A stretch of DNA of 64,000 nt from Candidatus Krumholzibacteriia bacterium (GCA_050174015.1 JBFXKG010000002.1:128001-192000), one strand, 5' to 3'; counted from the stretch's first letter, positions 10,316 through 20,085 are shown. The notes: generated by a model not told the origin, from the sequence alone. Translations and numbers: made by a program.

Positions 10316-10345
10316 ATTATATCATGTATGGTGCATATTTGTCAT
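10316..10345 (-). promoter_or_regulatory. Putative sigma70 promoter (extended -10) for the S8 peptidase gene
   Basis: Minus strand ATGACA-18 nt-TATAAT with TGn extension, in a very AT-rich intergenic island. Confidence 0.55.
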
Positions 10346-10516
10346 TAAAATAAAAAATTTATCTTTTTGTTATCATCTGGTGGGCCACCGGATATTCCCC
10401 AGGCGGGTCCATTTCAGGCCCTGGTGGAGCCGGAGGCCGATCCGTTCGCAGCGGGATGGGCGTTGCCGTGCCGCAAGATCCCCTGTTATGGTAGGGTGGA
10501 ACCCGATGAGGAGATC

Positions 10517-10921
10517 ATGCCCCGACCGACCAAGGCATTCGAACCCAAGCTCTTCGAGTACGTCCTGCCCGGCGGCTGGATCGTCCTGGCCGGACGCACC
10601 GACCAGGACAACGACCACCTGTCCTTGAAGATGGCCGCCCCCAACGACTACTGGTTCCACGTGCGGGGCATGCCCGGCAGCCACGTGGTGCTGCGCGTGC
10701 CGGCCGGAGAGGATCCCGACAACGCCACGATCAAGGCGGCGGCGGCCATCGCCGCCTGGCACAGCAAGAAGCGGGAGGCCAGGCAGGTGGGAGTCAGCTG
10801 CACGCGGGCACGGTTCGTCACCAAGCCGCGGGGGGCCAAACCCGGGACGGTGGAGATCCGCAAGGAGAAGGTCGTGACCGTCCGTCCCGCGGTGCCGGCC
10901 GGATCCGAGGAGGAAGCCTGA
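10517..10921 (+). CDS. Stand-alone NFACT RNA-binding domain (DUF814) protein
   Basis: GRTDQDNDHL, WFHVRGMPGSHVV, AAWHSK, KPRGAKPG motifs; RBS GAGGAG before ATG 10517. Confidence 0.85.
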   Translation: MPRPTKAFEPKLFEYVLPGGWIVLAGRTDQDNDHLSLKMAAPNDYWFHVRGMPGSHVVLRVPAGEDPDNATIKAAAAIAAWHSKKREARQVGVSCTRARFVTKPRGAKPGTVEIRKEKVVTVRPAVPAGSEEEA

Positions 10922-11412
10922 TGAGGTGGTTGATGATCCTGGCCTGCATCCTGACCACGGTCTGCGGGTGCTCCGGCAAGGGCATCGAGGTCAGGGCGGG
11001 AGACGCCCGGGAGGGCGTCCTCCGGTCCCCGGAAGTCCAGGCCGAGGCCGCGCCTCCGGAAGAGGGGTCATCCCTGCTATCCCCTGCGAACCTGGGAGTC
11101 TGGCTCGAGGACCGGGACTGGGATTTCCGGTCCTGGGTCGGGGACTTCCAGGAGGCCCTTTACCGGAACTGGGAGGCGCCCTACGCCTACCGCCTGGGCC
11201 TGATCAGCGGATCCACCAAACTCCGCCTGGAAATCGCCCGGGATGGGACCCTGGCCGGCCTGGAGGTCGTCCAGGAGGAGGGACATCCCTCGTTCACGGC
11301 CTACAGCCGCGAGTCGGTCGTGAAGACCTTTCCCGTGCCGCCCCTGCCGGAGGATTTCCAGGGGGAAGGCCTGACCATGACCCTGTTGCTGGACTACCCG
11401 CTCATCCGCTAG
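10921..11412 (+). CDS. Lipoprotein with TonB C-terminal-like domain
   Basis: Lipobox-like VCGC; NWEAPY...LEIARDGTL...PVPPLPEDF typical of TonB_C. Confidence 0.7.
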   Translation: MRWLMILACILTTVCGCSGKGIEVRAGDAREGVLRSPEVQAEAAPPEEGSSLLSPANLGVWLEDRDWDFRSWVGDFQEALYRNWEAPYAYRLGLISGSTKLRLEIARDGTLAGLEVVQEEGHPSFTAYSRESVVKTFPVPPLPEDFQGEGLTMTLLLDYPLIR

Positions 11413-11431
11413 AACGAGGAATGCCTGGACC

Positions 11432-12523
11432 ATGAACGGCCTGAACCTGCCCGAATCCCTGACCGCCCAGCTGGAGAACCCCTGGTTCCGGGCCCTGTTC
11501 ACCCTCCTGGCGGCCCTGCTGATCGGGGTCGCGCTGCGATTCCTGCTCATCCCTTTCCTGCGGAGGCTGACCAGCGCGACCACCTGGGAAATCGACGACG
11601 AGATCCTCGGCCGCCTGAATCCCGCCCTCTTCCAGACGGTCTTCCTGCTGGGGCTGGCGGCGGCCTTCCGGAGTCTGGTCACCCATCCCGGTGCGGACCA
11701 TGCCATCGGCGCAGCCGCCCTGACCCTGGTGGTTTTCGTCGGGGGCCGGTTCGCCCTCGAGGTGGGGGTCCTGGTCACCCGGAACCTCAGCCGGCAGGCC
11801 GGCCGGGTGTCCTGGATCCAGGCCCGCACCCTGCCCCTGGTCCAGTTCACGTACAAGGTGGTCGTGGTGGGGATGATGGCCTACCTCGTCATGAGCGCCT
11901 GGCGGATCGACCTGACGACCTGGCTGGCCAGCGCCGGCGTGGCCGGCATCGCCATCGGCTTCGCGGCCAAGGACACCCTGGCCAACTTCATCAGCGGGAT
12001 CTTCATCCTCGCCGACGCGCCCTACAAGGTGGGCGACTACATCATCATCGACGGAGTGACCCGCGGCGAGGTCACCGAGATCGGCATGCGTTCGACGCGC
12101 CTGCTGACGCGGGAGAACGTCGAGGTCACGGTTCCCAACGCGGTGATCGGCAACGCCAAGATCGTGAACGAATCCAGCGGGCCGTCGCCGTTGATGAGGG
12201 TGGGCGTCGGCGTAGGAGTGGCCTACGGCAGCGACGTGGACCGGGTGAAGGAGGTGCTGCTGGGCTGCACCGCGGACGTCGCCCACGTCAGCCCGCTGAA
12301 GGATCCGACGGTCCGTTTCCTGGCCATGGGGGAATCCAGCCTGGACTTCGAGGTCAGGGTCTTCGTGGAACAGCCGGAGTTCCGGGGGTTGGTGGTCGAC
12401 GCCCTGAACACGCGCATCTACAAGGCGCTCGGCGAGGCCGGCATCCAGATCCCCTTCCCCCAGCGGGACGTGCACCTCAAGGGCTGGGAGGCGCCGCGGT
12501 ACCGTCCGGACGTCCGGACATGA
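11432..12523 (+). CDS. Small-conductance mechanosensitive channel (MscS family)
   Basis: GIAIGFAAKDTLANFISG, PYKVGD, EIGMRST, VPN, IPFPQRDVH. Confidence 0.92.
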   Translation: MNGLNLPESLTAQLENPWFRALFTLLAALLIGVALRFLLIPFLRRLTSATTWEIDDEILGRLNPALFQTVFLLGLAAAFRSLVTHPGADHAIGAAALTLVVFVGGRFALEVGVLVTRNLSRQAGRVSWIQARTLPLVQFTYKVVVVGMMAYLVMSAWRIDLTTWLASAGVAGIAIGFAAKDTLANFISGIFILADAPYKVGDYIIIDGVTRGEVTEIGMRSTRLLTRENVEVTVPNAVIGNAKIVNESSGPSPLMRVGVGVGVAYGSDVDRVKEVLLGCTADVAHVSPLKDPTVRFLAMGESSLDFEVRVFVEQPEFRGLVVDALNTRIYKALGEAGIQIPFPQRDVHLKGWEAPRYRPDVRT

Positions 12524-12536
12524 CGACGAGGCGGAC

Positions 12537-13457
12537 ATGGTGACGGACGGGCCGATCGGATCCGGCTCCCCCCGGGCTCCGGGCCGACCCCTGCCCTTGT
12601 TGGTCCTCGGCGCTCTGATCATCTCCTTTTCACCGGTCTTCGTGAAATCGGCCGCTCTGGACGGTCTGGGTCCCACGAGCATCGCATTCTGGAGACTGGC
12701 GCTCGGGGGGGCGCCTCTGGTCGTCCTGGCTGCCGTCAAGCGGACTCCCTTGCGCATTTCCCGGCGCGTGCTCGGGATGGCGATCCTGGCCGGAGCGGTC
12801 TTCACGGCGGACCTCTACCTCTGGCACCGGTCCATCCATCTCATCGGGGCGGGTCTCGCCACCATCCTCGGCAACACCCAGGTCTTCAACACCGCGATCC
12901 TGGCCTGGCTGCTGTTCCGGGAGCGGCCGGCGGCCAGGTTCTATCCCGCGGCGATCCTGGGGCTGGCGGGTGTGTCCCTGCTCGTGGGCGTGGGGGGCGG
13001 CGTCGCCATGGTGGGCGACCACCTCGCCGGCGTCCTGTTCGGTCTGGGCACCGGGGTGGCCTATGCCTGCTACCTGGTCACGACCCGCTCCATGGCGCAG
13101 AGGACGTCACGTCCGCCCCTGTTGACGATCGTGGCCTGGGTCTCCATCATGGGGGCGGTCTGCAGCCTGGTCGTCTGCGGATTCGAGGACGATCCCTTCC
13201 TGCCGACCAGCGGGACAACCTGGGCGAACCTGGTCGGCCTGGGCGTGCTGGTCCAGGCCGCGGGATGGTGGGCGATCACGGCCGCGCTGCCCCGGGTCAA
13301 GGGATCGACCGCCGGGCTGGTCCTGCTCTTGCAGCCGGTGCTGGCCACGGTCTGGGGGGTGGTCCTCTTCGGGGAAACCCTGGCCGTGATGCAGCTGGCC
13401 GGGGCGGGGTTGACGATCTTCGCCATCTATCTGGGCACCGGAGTGGGGAACAGGTGA
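12537..13457 (+). CDS. DMT/EamA family transporter
   Basis: About 10 TM helices in two repeats; LFRER, LLQPV, LFGE motifs. Confidence 0.88.
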   Translation: MVTDGPIGSGSPRAPGRPLPLLVLGALIISFSPVFVKSAALDGLGPTSIAFWRLALGGAPLVVLAAVKRTPLRISRRVLGMAILAGAVFTADLYLWHRSIHLIGAGLATILGNTQVFNTAILAWLLFRERPAARFYPAAILGLAGVSLLVGVGGGVAMVGDHLAGVLFGLGTGVAYACYLVTTRSMAQRTSRPPLLTIVAWVSIMGAVCSLVVCGFEDDPFLPTSGTTWANLVGLGVLVQAAGWWAITAALPRVKGSTAGLVLLLQPVLATVWGVVLFGETLAVMQLAGAGLTIFAIYLGTGVGNR

Positions 13458-13477
13458 GAGAAGGGGGCGGGTGCACC

Positions 13478-13906
13478 ATGGGGAAGCGGTTGGAACCCAT
13501 CGGCAGGCGGTGGATGTCGAGACGGATGATCACCTGGGAAGTGCTGGCCTTCTCCGTCATCATCCTCATGATCTGGATCGACGAGATCATCGACGTTCCG
13601 CACCTGCTGCTCGACGCGGAGGCGACGCCCGTCAACTGGCGGGAATCGCTCCTCGAAAGCGTGTTCTTGGTCGGCCTGGGAGTGTTGGTGGTGATCTTGA
13701 CCCGGAGGTTGTTCGGCCGGATCAGGTCCCTGGAGGGCATCGTTCCGGTCTGCGCCTCGTGCAAGCAGATCCGGGACGAGAACGGCCGCTGGCAGCCCAT
13801 CGAGGTCTACATCGCCGAGAGGTCCGAGGCGGAGTTCAGCCACGGCCTCTGCCCCGAATGCGCCGGAAAGTATTTTCCCGAGGAAGGCATGGATCCACGG
13901 CCATGA
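13478..13906 (+). CDS. Small two-TM protein with C-terminal Cys/His putative metal-binding domain
   Basis: Two hydrophobic helices then PVCASCKQIRD...FSHGLCPEC. Confidence 0.7.
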   Translation: MGKRLEPIGRRWMSRRMITWEVLAFSVIILMIWIDEIIDVPHLLLDAEATPVNWRESLLESVFLVGLGVLVVILTRRLFGRIRSLEGIVPVCASCKQIRDENGRWQPIEVYIAERSEAEFSHGLCPECAGKYFPEEGMDPRP

Positions 13907-14217
13907 AGTTCCACCACATCGGCATTCCCACCACCGAACCCCGGCCCGGGGAAACCTATCTGGCCCACCTCAAGCTCCACTGCACCGACCACCGGGTCAA
14001 CCCCTTCGGGATCCAGTGGATGCGATACGACCAGGACTGTCCCCTGCCGGAGGTCGTCAGGAACCTCACCCATGTGGCCTTCGAAGTGGATGATCTGGAT
14101 GCGGCCCTCGAAGGATGCGAGATCCTCATTCCCCCCAACTGCCCCTCGGAAGGCGTCAGGGTCGCCTTCGTTCTCAGCGACGGGGCTCCGGTCGAGTTCC
14201 TGGAGTTCACGGAGTAG
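13903..14217 (+). CDS. VOC/glyoxalase-like protein
   Basis: FHHIGIPT, HVAFEVDDL, PVEFLE; ATGA overlap with upstream gene. Confidence 0.75.
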   Translation: MKFHHIGIPTTEPRPGETYLAHLKLHCTDHRVNPFGIQWMRYDQDCPLPEVVRNLTHVAFEVDDLDAALEGCEILIPPNCPSEGVRVAFVLSDGAPVEFLEFTE

Positions 14218-14225
14218 GCGCCGGA

Positions 14226-15479
14226 TCAGTCGCCGCGGCCGAGCGCCAGGCACACGTTCGTCCCGCCGAATCCGAAGGAGTTCGACAGGGCCGTGGTCCA
14301 CGGCCCACGCCGGATTTCGCGGAGCGGTGGGTAGTCTTCCAGCTCCGGATCCAGGGGATCGGCGTTGACCGAGGGGGCGAGCCACCCGCCGCGGAGCATC
14401 TCGAGCGTGAAGGCCGCCTCGATGGCGCCGGCGGCGCTGATGGTGTGGCCGGTGTAGCCCTTGGTCGACCCGTAACCGACCCTGTGATCGCCGAAGAGGC
14501 TGCGGATCGACCCGGCCTCGGCCACGTCCCCCAGGGGGGTGCTGGTCCCGTGCGTGTTGATGTAGTCGACGTGCTCGGGCAGGATGCCGGCGTGGGCAAG
14601 TGCCCGACGCATGGCCAGGACGCCGCCCTCGTTGCTCGGGACGACCATCTGTCCGTCCGCATTCGACGACAGCCCCGACCCCAGGATCAGACCGAGGACC
14701 TCCGCTCCCCTGGCGCGGGCGTGCTCCAGACTCTCCAGGGCGAGCACGCCCGCCCCCTCGGCGAAGATGAACCCAGCCCGGTCGGCGGCGTAGGGTCGCG
14801 AGGCCCGCTCGGGGCGGTCGTTGTCGGTGCCGTTGTAGGCCTGCATGGCGTCGAAGCCGGCGTGGAAGTGGGGGTCGTAGGACTCCACTCCGCCGGCGAG
14901 GGCGGATTCGGTCTGCCCGGATCGGATCATCAGGGCGGCCAGCGCGAGGTTCGCAGCCCCGCCCGCACAGGCGGCGGCGATGGAGAGGGATGGGCCGTCG
15001 GTGCGCAGCACCGTGGCGAGATTGGCCGATACGGTGGAGGACATCAGGCGGGGGACGACCGTGGGCGAGACGCGGCGCGCTCCACCGGAGGCCAGGCGTC
15101 CGGCCACCTCCTGGTGCGTGGGCACGTCCCCGGTCCCGCTGCCGATGAACAGGGCTGACTGCCCCGGGTTCAGGCCCGACCTAGCGATGGCCTCGCGGGC
15201 GGCCCGCAGGGCCAGCCGGGCCGACCGGCCGAAGAAGCGGCCCTCCTTCTTGGTGATGCCGATGGCCTCGTCGGAAACGTCGGCCGTGACGTGCCCGATG
15301 ATCCGACACCGGGCCTCCATCGCTTCGGCGGTCGGCTCCGCGGTGAAGGGGCCCGGCCTTCCTTCCCGGAGATGGGGCAGGGCATCGGCCAGGGTGGGAC
15401 CCAGGTTGCACACCACTCCCATGCCGGTCACGGCAACGAGCCGGCCATCCCGCGAATTGATCGATGCATCCATGGGCAT
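14226..15479 (-). CDS. fabB: Beta-ketoacyl-ACP synthase (FabB-like)
   Basis: AACAGG active Cys, HGTST, KGYTGH, NSFGFGGTN; VVPRLMSSTVSANL resembles FabB. Confidence 0.8.
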   Translation of the reverse strand: MPMDASINSRDGRLVAVTGMGVVCNLGPTLADALPHLREGRPGPFTAEPTAEAMEARCRIIGHVTADVSDEAIGITKKEGRFFGRSARLALRAAREAIARSGLNPGQSALFIGSGTGDVPTHQEVAGRLASGGARRVSPTVVPRLMSSTVSANLATVLRTDGPSLSIAAACAGGAANLALAALMIRSGQTESALAGGVESYDPHFHAGFDAMQAYNGTDNDRPERASRPYAADRAGFIFAEGAGVLALESLEHARARGAEVLGLILGSGLSSNADGQMVVPSNEGGVLAMRRALAHAGILPEHVDYINTHGTSTPLGDVAEAGSIRSLFGDHRVGYGSTKGYTGHTISAAGAIEAAFTLEMLRGGWLAPSVNADPLDPELEDYPPLREIRRGPWTTALSNSFGFGGTNVCLALGRGD

Positions 15480-15561
15480 ATTTTCTAAAACCTTGGTATA
15501 TAATTCCTTGTGTTGACCGCATTGATTCCGGGAAACCAGGCGGCCGGAAGAACCTCCCGGG

Positions 15562-15591
15562 ATTGTAATCGGGAATGGATTTCAAGGTCAA
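15562..15591 (-). promoter_or_regulatory. Putative sigma70 promoter of the ketoacyl synthase gene
   Basis: Minus strand TTGACC-18 nt-TACAAT with upstream A/T tract. Confidence 0.55.
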
Positions 15592-15652
15592 TATTACAAA
15601 ACAAAATTAATCCAAATTCAAGATCGGAGATGCGGCCGACCCCGGGCGAGGC

Positions 15653-16372
15653 TCACTGCCTGGAGGCGACGAAGTAGAACGTGTCCCCGGGTGCGTAGCG
15701 CCGGAAGGGGTACAGGATGGCCTTCTTGAGGCGAAGGGCGAGGTCCACCGGGGTCCAGGGCTGGACCAGCCCCAGCTTCCGGACGGTGAACTTTCCTTCG
15801 AGAGTTCCCAGAAGCTTGGCCCGGTCGAAGCTCTGCCGGTGGCCGATCCGGTGGAACTCGTGACCGCAGCTGGGGCAGCACACCATGCTGCGGACCAGGT
15901 TCTCCTGGTTGGGCACCGTGCCCACGAGGATGCCGCCGTCGCGGAGGGCGGCGTGGATGTTCTCCAGGGCCTGGCGGTAGGCCTCCTCGTCGACGTGCTC
16001 GAGGATGTCCAGGCAGAAGACCGCGTCCAGTTCCCCCAGGGGATAGCCGCCGGGATCGGCGATGTCGGCCTGGATGAACCGGATGGTCCTGCCTTCGGCC
16101 GCCGTCCGTTCGCCCAGGCGTTCCACCAGATAGCCCGAGAGGTCCAGCCCGGTCACGGACATCCCCGCGTCGTGGAGCTTGCGAACCAGGTAGCCTTCGC
16201 CCAGACCGAATTCGGCGACCTTCATGCCCTGGCGCAGGAACTGCCGGGCCTTGCCGAACACGAAATCGATCTTGGGCCGGTTGCCCTGGAAGACGCCGCG
16301 GCCGCCCTCGAGGTTCATGCGTCCGATGTAGTCTTCGCTGCCGATGCGGTGGTCGGATCGGGGGGTGTCCAT
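15653..16372 (-). CDS. Class I SAM-dependent methyltransferase
   Basis: VAEFGLGEG motif I, GLDLS, DILEHV, TVPN; CPSC motif. Confidence 0.85.
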   Translation of the reverse strand: MDTPRSDHRIGSEDYIGRMNLEGGRGVFQGNRPKIDFVFGKARQFLRQGMKVAEFGLGEGYLVRKLHDAGMSVTGLDLSGYLVERLGERTAAEGRTIRFIQADIADPGGYPLGELDAVFCLDILEHVDEEAYRQALENIHAALRDGGILVGTVPNQENLVRSMVCCPSCGHEFHRIGHRQSFDRAKLLGTLEGKFTVRKLGLVQPWTPVDLALRLKKAILYPFRRYAPGDTFYFVASRQ

Positions 16373-16571
16373 GTCCTGTCCCGTCGTTGGAGGTGGTCCG
16401 GGAAGGAGGTCCCGGGCGGCGGACCGATCCTAGAGCCGTCCCGCGGCGGTGTCAACGATCGGGCCCGGCCGGAAAAAAGTCCGCTTGCTTTCGGCGGCAT
16501 GGACGTAAATTGATCAAGTGTCGCCGCCCGTCCCGAGGCGGCCGGACCCTGGTCAACGAAGGGAAGACGTC

Positions 16572-17321
16572 TTGAATCGACTGCTGATCGCCGCCGCCGT
16601 TCTCGTCGCCTGGGCAGGGGCCCTTCCCGCCGCGGCCGGCGGGCCGGACACCGGGTTCTTCCTGGGCGGGGGAGCCCACCTGACCTGGATCGACGGGGGC
16701 GGGACCTGGGACACCTACGACTTCCGGATCGACCGGCCCCTCTCCGACGAGAACGGCAACACCCTGGGGCTGAACTGGACCGACCACGTGATCCTGGGCC
16801 TGAAACCCATGATCGGCTACCGGGTCAGCCGGGGGGTCACCTTCCAGGTCAGCACGTCGCTGAACATCGCCAAGTCGTCCCAGCAGCAGTATTCCGAGGC
16901 CTACGGCGCGGCCTACTACGAGTCCGGCATGAACGTGGAGTGGAAGCAACGCGACACGGAGATCCTGGCGGTGTTCCATACGGATTCGAACCTGGGGTTC
17001 TTCTACTACGCGGGCGTGGATCTGGTCGCCGTCACCACCGACATCCTGCTGTACGAAGGGGTGGAGTACTCCGACGTCATCGGCGACCTGATCTCCTCCA
17101 TCGACTACCAGGACAACTCCGACTCGATCTCCGCCACGGGCCTGGTGGTGGGGGCGGGAGTGGAGATCCCCTCGGGGAGCCGGACCACGGCGGCCTTCCT
17201 CTCGGCCCAGTACTCCTACGCCAGGACCGACGACACCTTCTTCGGCACCGAAGGCTTCAAGGTCAACGTGGGCGGGTTCTCGTTCATGGCCGGCGTCAAG
17301 TGGTTCCCCTTCGCCAGGTAG
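16572..17321 (+). CDS. Putative outer-membrane beta-barrel protein
   Basis: Signal peptide, alternating aromatic/Gly beta strands, C-terminal AGVKWFPF; TTG start assumed. Confidence 0.65.
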   Translation: MNRLLIAAAVLVAWAGALPAAAGGPDTGFFLGGGAHLTWIDGGGTWDTYDFRIDRPLSDENGNTLGLNWTDHVILGLKPMIGYRVSRGVTFQVSTSLNIAKSSQQQYSEAYGAAYYESGMNVEWKQRDTEILAVFHTDSNLGFFYYAGVDLVAVTTDILLYEGVEYSDVIGDLISSIDYQDNSDSISATGLVVGAGVEIPSGSRTTAAFLSAQYSYARTDDTFFGTEGFKVNVGGFSFMAGVKWFPFAR

Positions 17322-17408
17322 GATCCCCGCCGAAGGTTGCGGCTTCCGGGGCCTGGGCGATCATGTGGAACGACCGAGCCGCTTCCACATCCAGCCCTGG
17401 AGTCAGCC

Positions 17409-17711
17409 ATGTACGTCGCCATGAACCGGTTCCGCATCGCCAGGGGCCGTGAAGGGACCTTCGAGGAGATCTGGCGCACCCGCGATTCCAAACTCCACGA
17501 GGTTCCGGGTTTCCTGGACTTCCACCTCCTGCGCGGGGATTCCGGCCCGGACGCCACGGTGATGATCTCCCATTCGGTGTGGGAATCGCGCGAGGCCTTC
17601 GTCGCCTGGACGGAGTCGGAGGCCTTCCGCCGTGCTCACCGGGAGGCCAGATCGCCCGAGGGCACGGTGCTCGGTCCGCCGCAGTTCGAGGGATTCGAGG
17701 TCGTGCTGTAG
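17409..17711 (+). CDS. Antibiotic biosynthesis monooxygenase family protein (IsdG/HmoA-like, possible heme degradation)
   Basis: MNRF, VPGFLDF, WESREAFVAWTESEAFRRAH. Confidence 0.8.
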   Translation: MYVAMNRFRIARGREGTFEEIWRTRDSKLHEVPGFLDFHLLRGDSGPDATVMISHSVWESREAFVAWTESEAFRRAHREARSPEGTVLGPPQFEGFEVVL

Positions 17712-17715
17712 GGTC

Positions 17716-19029
17716 TCAGTCCCGTTCGTGGACCACCCTGCCGGCGACGATGGTCGCCCGCGCCGGTTCGGGATGGCACAGCAGCAGCGCGGCGATGGGG
17801 TCGTCCGCCCCGTCGTACCCGATGGCCTCCAGATCGAACACCGCCAGGTCGCAGGCCTTGCCCGCTGCCAGGGAGCCGGCGTCCTCGCGCCCCAGGCAGC
17901 CGGCGCCGCCGAGGGTCGCCATCTCCAGGACCTCGCCGACGGACATGGCCGCCGCGCCGCCGATCACCCGGTGCAGCAGCAGGGCCTGCCGCAATTCGGC
18001 CAGCAGGTTCGAGCTGTCGTTGCTCGCCGAGCCGTCCACCGCCAGGCCCACCGGGCAGCCGGCGGCGCGCAGGTCCCTCACCCGGCACACCCCCGAACCC
18101 AGCCGCATGTTGGACGAGGGGCAGTGGGCGACGGCGATGCCGGCCCGGCCGAGCCGGGCGACCTCCTCGTCGTTGAACCAGATGCCGTGGGCGAGCCAGA
18201 CGTCGTCGCCGATCCAGTCCACGTCCTCCAGGAAGTCCAGGGGCCGCCGGCCGTAGATGCGGCTGCAGTAGTCGTCCTCGTCGCGGGTCTCGGCCAGGTG
18301 GGTGTGAAGCCGGACCCCGTGCCGGCGGGCCAGCAGGGCCGTGTCGCGCATGAGTTCGGGGCTCACCGAGAACGGCGAACAGGGCGCCAACGCCACCCGC
18401 ACCATGGCGCCGGGCGCCGGATCGTGGAACTTCGCGATGACCCGCTCGCTGTCGGCCAGGATGGTGTCGGGATCCTGGACCACGGTGTCGGGCGGCAGGC
18501 CGCCGTCCTTCTGCGACCGGCTCATGCTGCCCCGGGTGGGGTGGAACCTGATGCCCGCCCGGGACGCCGCTTCGATGGTGATGTCGATCAGTTCGGGCGA
18601 GGCGTCGCGCGGGAACAGGTAGTGGTGGTCGGTGGTCAGGGTGCACCCGCTGCGTAGCAGTTCCCGGAAACCCACCAGGGCGCCGGTGAGGAACTGGTCG
18701 TCCTTCAGCTCGGCCCAGACCGGATACAGGGTGGTCAGCCAATCGAAGAGTTCGCTGTCGACGGCCTCCTTCCAGGCCCGCGTGCGGGTCTGGAACAGGT
18801 GGTGGTGGGTGTTGATCAGACCCGGCAGGACGACGCACCCGGAGGCGTCGAAGGTCCGGAACTCCTCCCTGGGGGTTCCGGCGATGGTCGCGGGCGGGGT
18901 CCCCGCGCCGACGGCGGTGATCAGGCCGTCTTCGGCGGCGACCCAGCCGTCTTCCAGGACGGCGCGCCGGTCGTCCATGGTGACCAGTCGGTGGGCGCCT
19001 TGGAGCAGGAACTTGCGGTCGGCATGCAT
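17716..19029 (-). CDS. 8-oxoguanine deaminase / AtzB-like amidohydrolase
   Basis: PGLINTHHHLFQ, DHHYLFP, PCSPFSV, LHTHLAET, CPSSNMRLGSG, VDGSASND. Confidence 0.88.
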   Translation of the reverse strand: MHADRKFLLQGAHRLVTMDDRRAVLEDGWVAAEDGLITAVGAGTPPATIAGTPREEFRTFDASGCVVLPGLINTHHHLFQTRTRAWKEAVDSELFDWLTTLYPVWAELKDDQFLTGALVGFRELLRSGCTLTTDHHYLFPRDASPELIDITIEAASRAGIRFHPTRGSMSRSQKDGGLPPDTVVQDPDTILADSERVIAKFHDPAPGAMVRVALAPCSPFSVSPELMRDTALLARRHGVRLHTHLAETRDEDDYCSRIYGRRPLDFLEDVDWIGDDVWLAHGIWFNDEEVARLGRAGIAVAHCPSSNMRLGSGVCRVRDLRAAGCPVGLAVDGSASNDSSNLLAELRQALLLHRVIGGAAAMSVGEVLEMATLGGAGCLGREDAGSLAAGKACDLAVFDLEAIGYDGADDPIAALLLCHPEPARATIVAGRVVHERD

Positions 19030-19080
19030 CGGGTTCTCCAGACTGCAGGAACGGGTGTTCGGAAAAAGAAGGGAAGCCGT

Positions 19081-19108
19081 TTGCCTTCCCCGCCCGTTAA
19101 AGTATAAT
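19081..19108 (+). promoter_or_regulatory. Putative sigma70 promoter of the xanthine dehydrogenase operon
   Basis: TTGCCT-16 nt-TATAAT in the divergent intergenic region. Confidence 0.55.
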
Positions 19109-19203
19109 CCAATCAGCGGGGACGCCACCGGAAGCCAAGCGTATTCATGGGCTTTCCGCGTTTCCATGGTTGCGGCCGCCGGGGTCGCCAAGGAGTCGGC
19201 ATC

Positions 19204-20085
19204 ATGTGGGATCTGAAGGAATACCGCTACGCATCCTCGCCGGAGGACGCGGTCGCCCTGCTGCGGAAGGGGCCGGGCAAGGGCATGTTCATCGCCGGCG
19301 GCACCGACCTGCTGCTGTTCCCGCCGCCGTGCGATTTCGTGGTCGACGTCAACGGCGCGGGCATCGACCGCCTGGCGGCCACTCCGGACGGGGACCTCTT
19401 CCTGGGCGCGGCGGCCACCCTGCACCTGGTCGCCACCCATCCCCTGGTGACGGGTTTCGCCGGCGGCGCCGTCAGCCAAGCGGCGGCCCACTGCGGCAAC
19501 CGCCCGGTGCGCTCCACCGCCACCCTCGGCGGCAACCTGTGCAACGCCCTGCCCTCGGCCGACATGGCGCCGGTCCTGATCGCCCTGGATGCGACCTGCT
19601 ACATCGCGGACGTGGACAACCAGGAGAGCATGCCTTTGGTGGACTTCTTCACGGGCCCCCGGCGCACGGTCCTGGGTGACCGGCTGCTGGTGGGGGTGGC
19701 CCTGCCCGCCGAGGCCGGACGCCGGGCCTGCCGCAGCCGCAAGCTGACCCGATCTGCCGAGGACATCTCCCTGGTCCAGGTGGCCGTCGCCCTCGGAACG
19801 GAGGAGGGCAGGCTGGATCAGGTCCGCATCGCCCTGGGCGCCGTCGCTCCGGTGCCCCTGCGTGCAGGGCTGGCCGAGACGGCCCTGACGGACCTGGATT
19901 ATCACTCCGATTGCACCGCGGCCGTTGCGGACGCCGCCGAGATCGCCGCGGGCGAATGCGATCCCATCGGCGACCACCGCGCGTCGGCCGAGTACCGGCG
20001 GGACATGGTCAGGGTGCTGACGCGGCGGCTGATCGCCGAGTGTCTCGACGACCTGCGCCGGGGCGGCCATGGAGGTGAGGCATGA
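19204..20085 (+). CDS. Xanthine dehydrogenase family FAD-binding subunit
   Basis: IAGGTDL, RSTATLGGN, PSAD, RIALGAVAP, DHRASAEYR. Confidence 0.9.
   Translation: MWDLKEYRYASSPEDAVALLRKGPGKGMFIAGGTDLLLFPPPCDFVVDVNGAGIDRLAATPDGDLFLGAAATLHLVATHPLVTGFAGGAVSQAAAHCGNRPVRSTATLGGNLCNALPSADMAPVLIALDATCYIADVDNQESMPLVDFFTGPRRTVLGDRLLVGVALPAEAGRRACRSRKLTRSAEDISLVQVAVALGTEEGRLDQVRIALGAVAPVPLRAGLAETALTDLDYHSDCTAAVADAAEIAAGECDPIGDHRASAEYRRDMVRVLTRRLIAECLDDLRRGGHGGEA

Noticed and set aside
14226..16372. Ketosynthase plus methyltransferase as a polyketide cluster
   Set aside because: No ACP, chain-length factor or tailoring genes; a separate promoter lies between the two genes
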